From contig NW_027140807.1 in NCBI RefSeq assembly GCF_036365525.1, forward strand, positions 1,302,001-1,366,000: DNA of 64,000 nucleotides, written 5' to 3'. Positions 62,884 to 64,000 of the stretch are shown piece after piece. Every line of letters begins with the position of its first letter. Within the stretch, counting starts at the first letter, position 1. The position numbers were made by a program, and so were the translations under genes. Below the pieces are notes generated by a model. It was given only the letters and a program-made list of their open reading frames with translations, did not search any database and was not told where the DNA came from. The stretch comes from Heterodontus francisci. Taxonomy: Eukaryota.

Positions 62884-63930
62884 GTAACTGATTAACGTGG
62901 CGTCAGTGAGAATCATTCCGCACGGTCTGATATGGTATAGTCTGATTGAAATTTACAAGATTAATATATGAAGATAACACTAATCATATTGCCTATTCAG
63001 GTGACATCCGTTTCTTAACAATGACCGATTGTGTGTGTGGAAATCAACAAGTGATAGCTGTCTGGGAAATCAGACTCTGAATGGCCTACCCCTGTCCCGA
63101 ATGTTACTCTATTGGTTTAATGCGAGGAGTGAGATAGAGAGTGAGCTTGGTCAAAAAAAGGGTCAAGATGTTTGAAGTGACCAGTTGATGATGCTGGAAC
63201 GCACCATTATTGGTTAAGAATTCACGAGGTGTTGAGTGAGGAAGTGAGGATTAACATTTACAAATCACTGGTAAGGTCCCAGCTGGAGTATTGTGTTCAG
63301 TCCTGGGTACCACACTTTATGACGGTTGTCGAGGCCTTAGATTGGGAGCAGAAATGATTCACCAGAATTGTACCAGAGATGAGGGACCTCAGATAGTTGG
63401 AGAGACTGGAGAACAGAAAAGGTTAAATGGAGATTGAATAGAGGTGTTCAAATTAGTGAAGGTTTTGGATAGAATTAATAATCAGAAACAGTCTCCATTG
63501 GTAGATGGGTCGGTAACCAGAGGACACAGGTTTTGAGGCAATTGACATAAAGGACCAGTGGCGGGATGAAGAGACATTCTCCCACAGAGGTAGTTACTGG
63601 ATCGGGAAGGCATATCTGAACTGGTGGTGGAAGTTGGTTCAGTAGAAACTTTCAAAATGGAAATTGATAGATACTCGAAGGGAAATATACAGGACGATGG
63701 TAAAACCTTTCATAAAGCCAGCAGAGGTCCTATGGGCCGAATGGTCTCCCCTTCAGTGATGGATATTTCTGATTCTATGACCTTGCTCGTGAGCCACAAA
63801 TGTAAATTAGGAGATATATAAACTAAGGAGATGTGATCTACAAACGCTTTCGAGGACAGGGTCCAAGTGTGATATAGACAAGACCTGCACCTCGCCTTGT
63901 GAGGTTTTGTTACAAGGGTCTCTCACTGTG

Positions 63931-63980
63931 TTCTGGCAATCAATATTACTTCGGAAGCGGTACCAAGTTAGTTGTGACAG
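63931..63980 (+). CDS. TRBJ: J13: SGNQYYFGSGTKLVVT
   Basis: Heptamer CACTGTG 63924-63930, nonamer GGTTTTGTT 63903-63911, GTGAGT donor. Confidence 0.95.
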
Positions 63981-64000
63981 GTGAGTCCAGGAATGTTAGG

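Noticed and set aside
1422-63980. Assignment to IgH, TRD/NAR-TCR or TRG
   Set aside because: V(23)-(12)D(23)-(12)J geometry with a GGGACA-core D, many FGxG J segments and no WGxG J or IgH/NAR-type V fits TRB.

Overview
This is eukaryotic (vertebrate) genomic DNA. It holds the 3' part of a T-cell receptor beta (TRB) locus, almost certainly from a cartilaginous fish, judged by the D core GGGACAAC, the V/J sequences and shark-type V-SINE/CR1 repeats. All segments are on the + strand. There are 13 V segments with a 23-bp-spacer RSS: about 9 look functional, one has an intact ORF but a broken heptamer, one has lost the conserved Trp, one has a stop codon and one is a 3' remnant. Two decayed V relics and two orphan leader exons are also present. 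About 10 kb after the last V come one D (12-RSS/23-RSS) and 13 J segments (12-RSS), ten of which come from a tandem duplication of a five-J cassette. The C gene lies beyond the window. The rest is CR1/RTE LINE fragments, SINEs, micro- and minisatellites and four assembly gaps, and most ORFs in the supplied track are repeat artefacts. The most interesting signal is a candidate recombination-control architecture. It comprises an 11-copy 45-bp minisatellite of co-oriented CTCF-consensus motifs directly behind one V RSS, an oppositely oriented CTCF-motif pair between the V array and D (IGCR1-like position), and AP-1 sites in 10 of 13 V RSSs but not in the D RSS. An expanded TRBV30-like V clade also stands out. 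V and J numbers below are my own window-order labels. Repeat boundaries are approximate.
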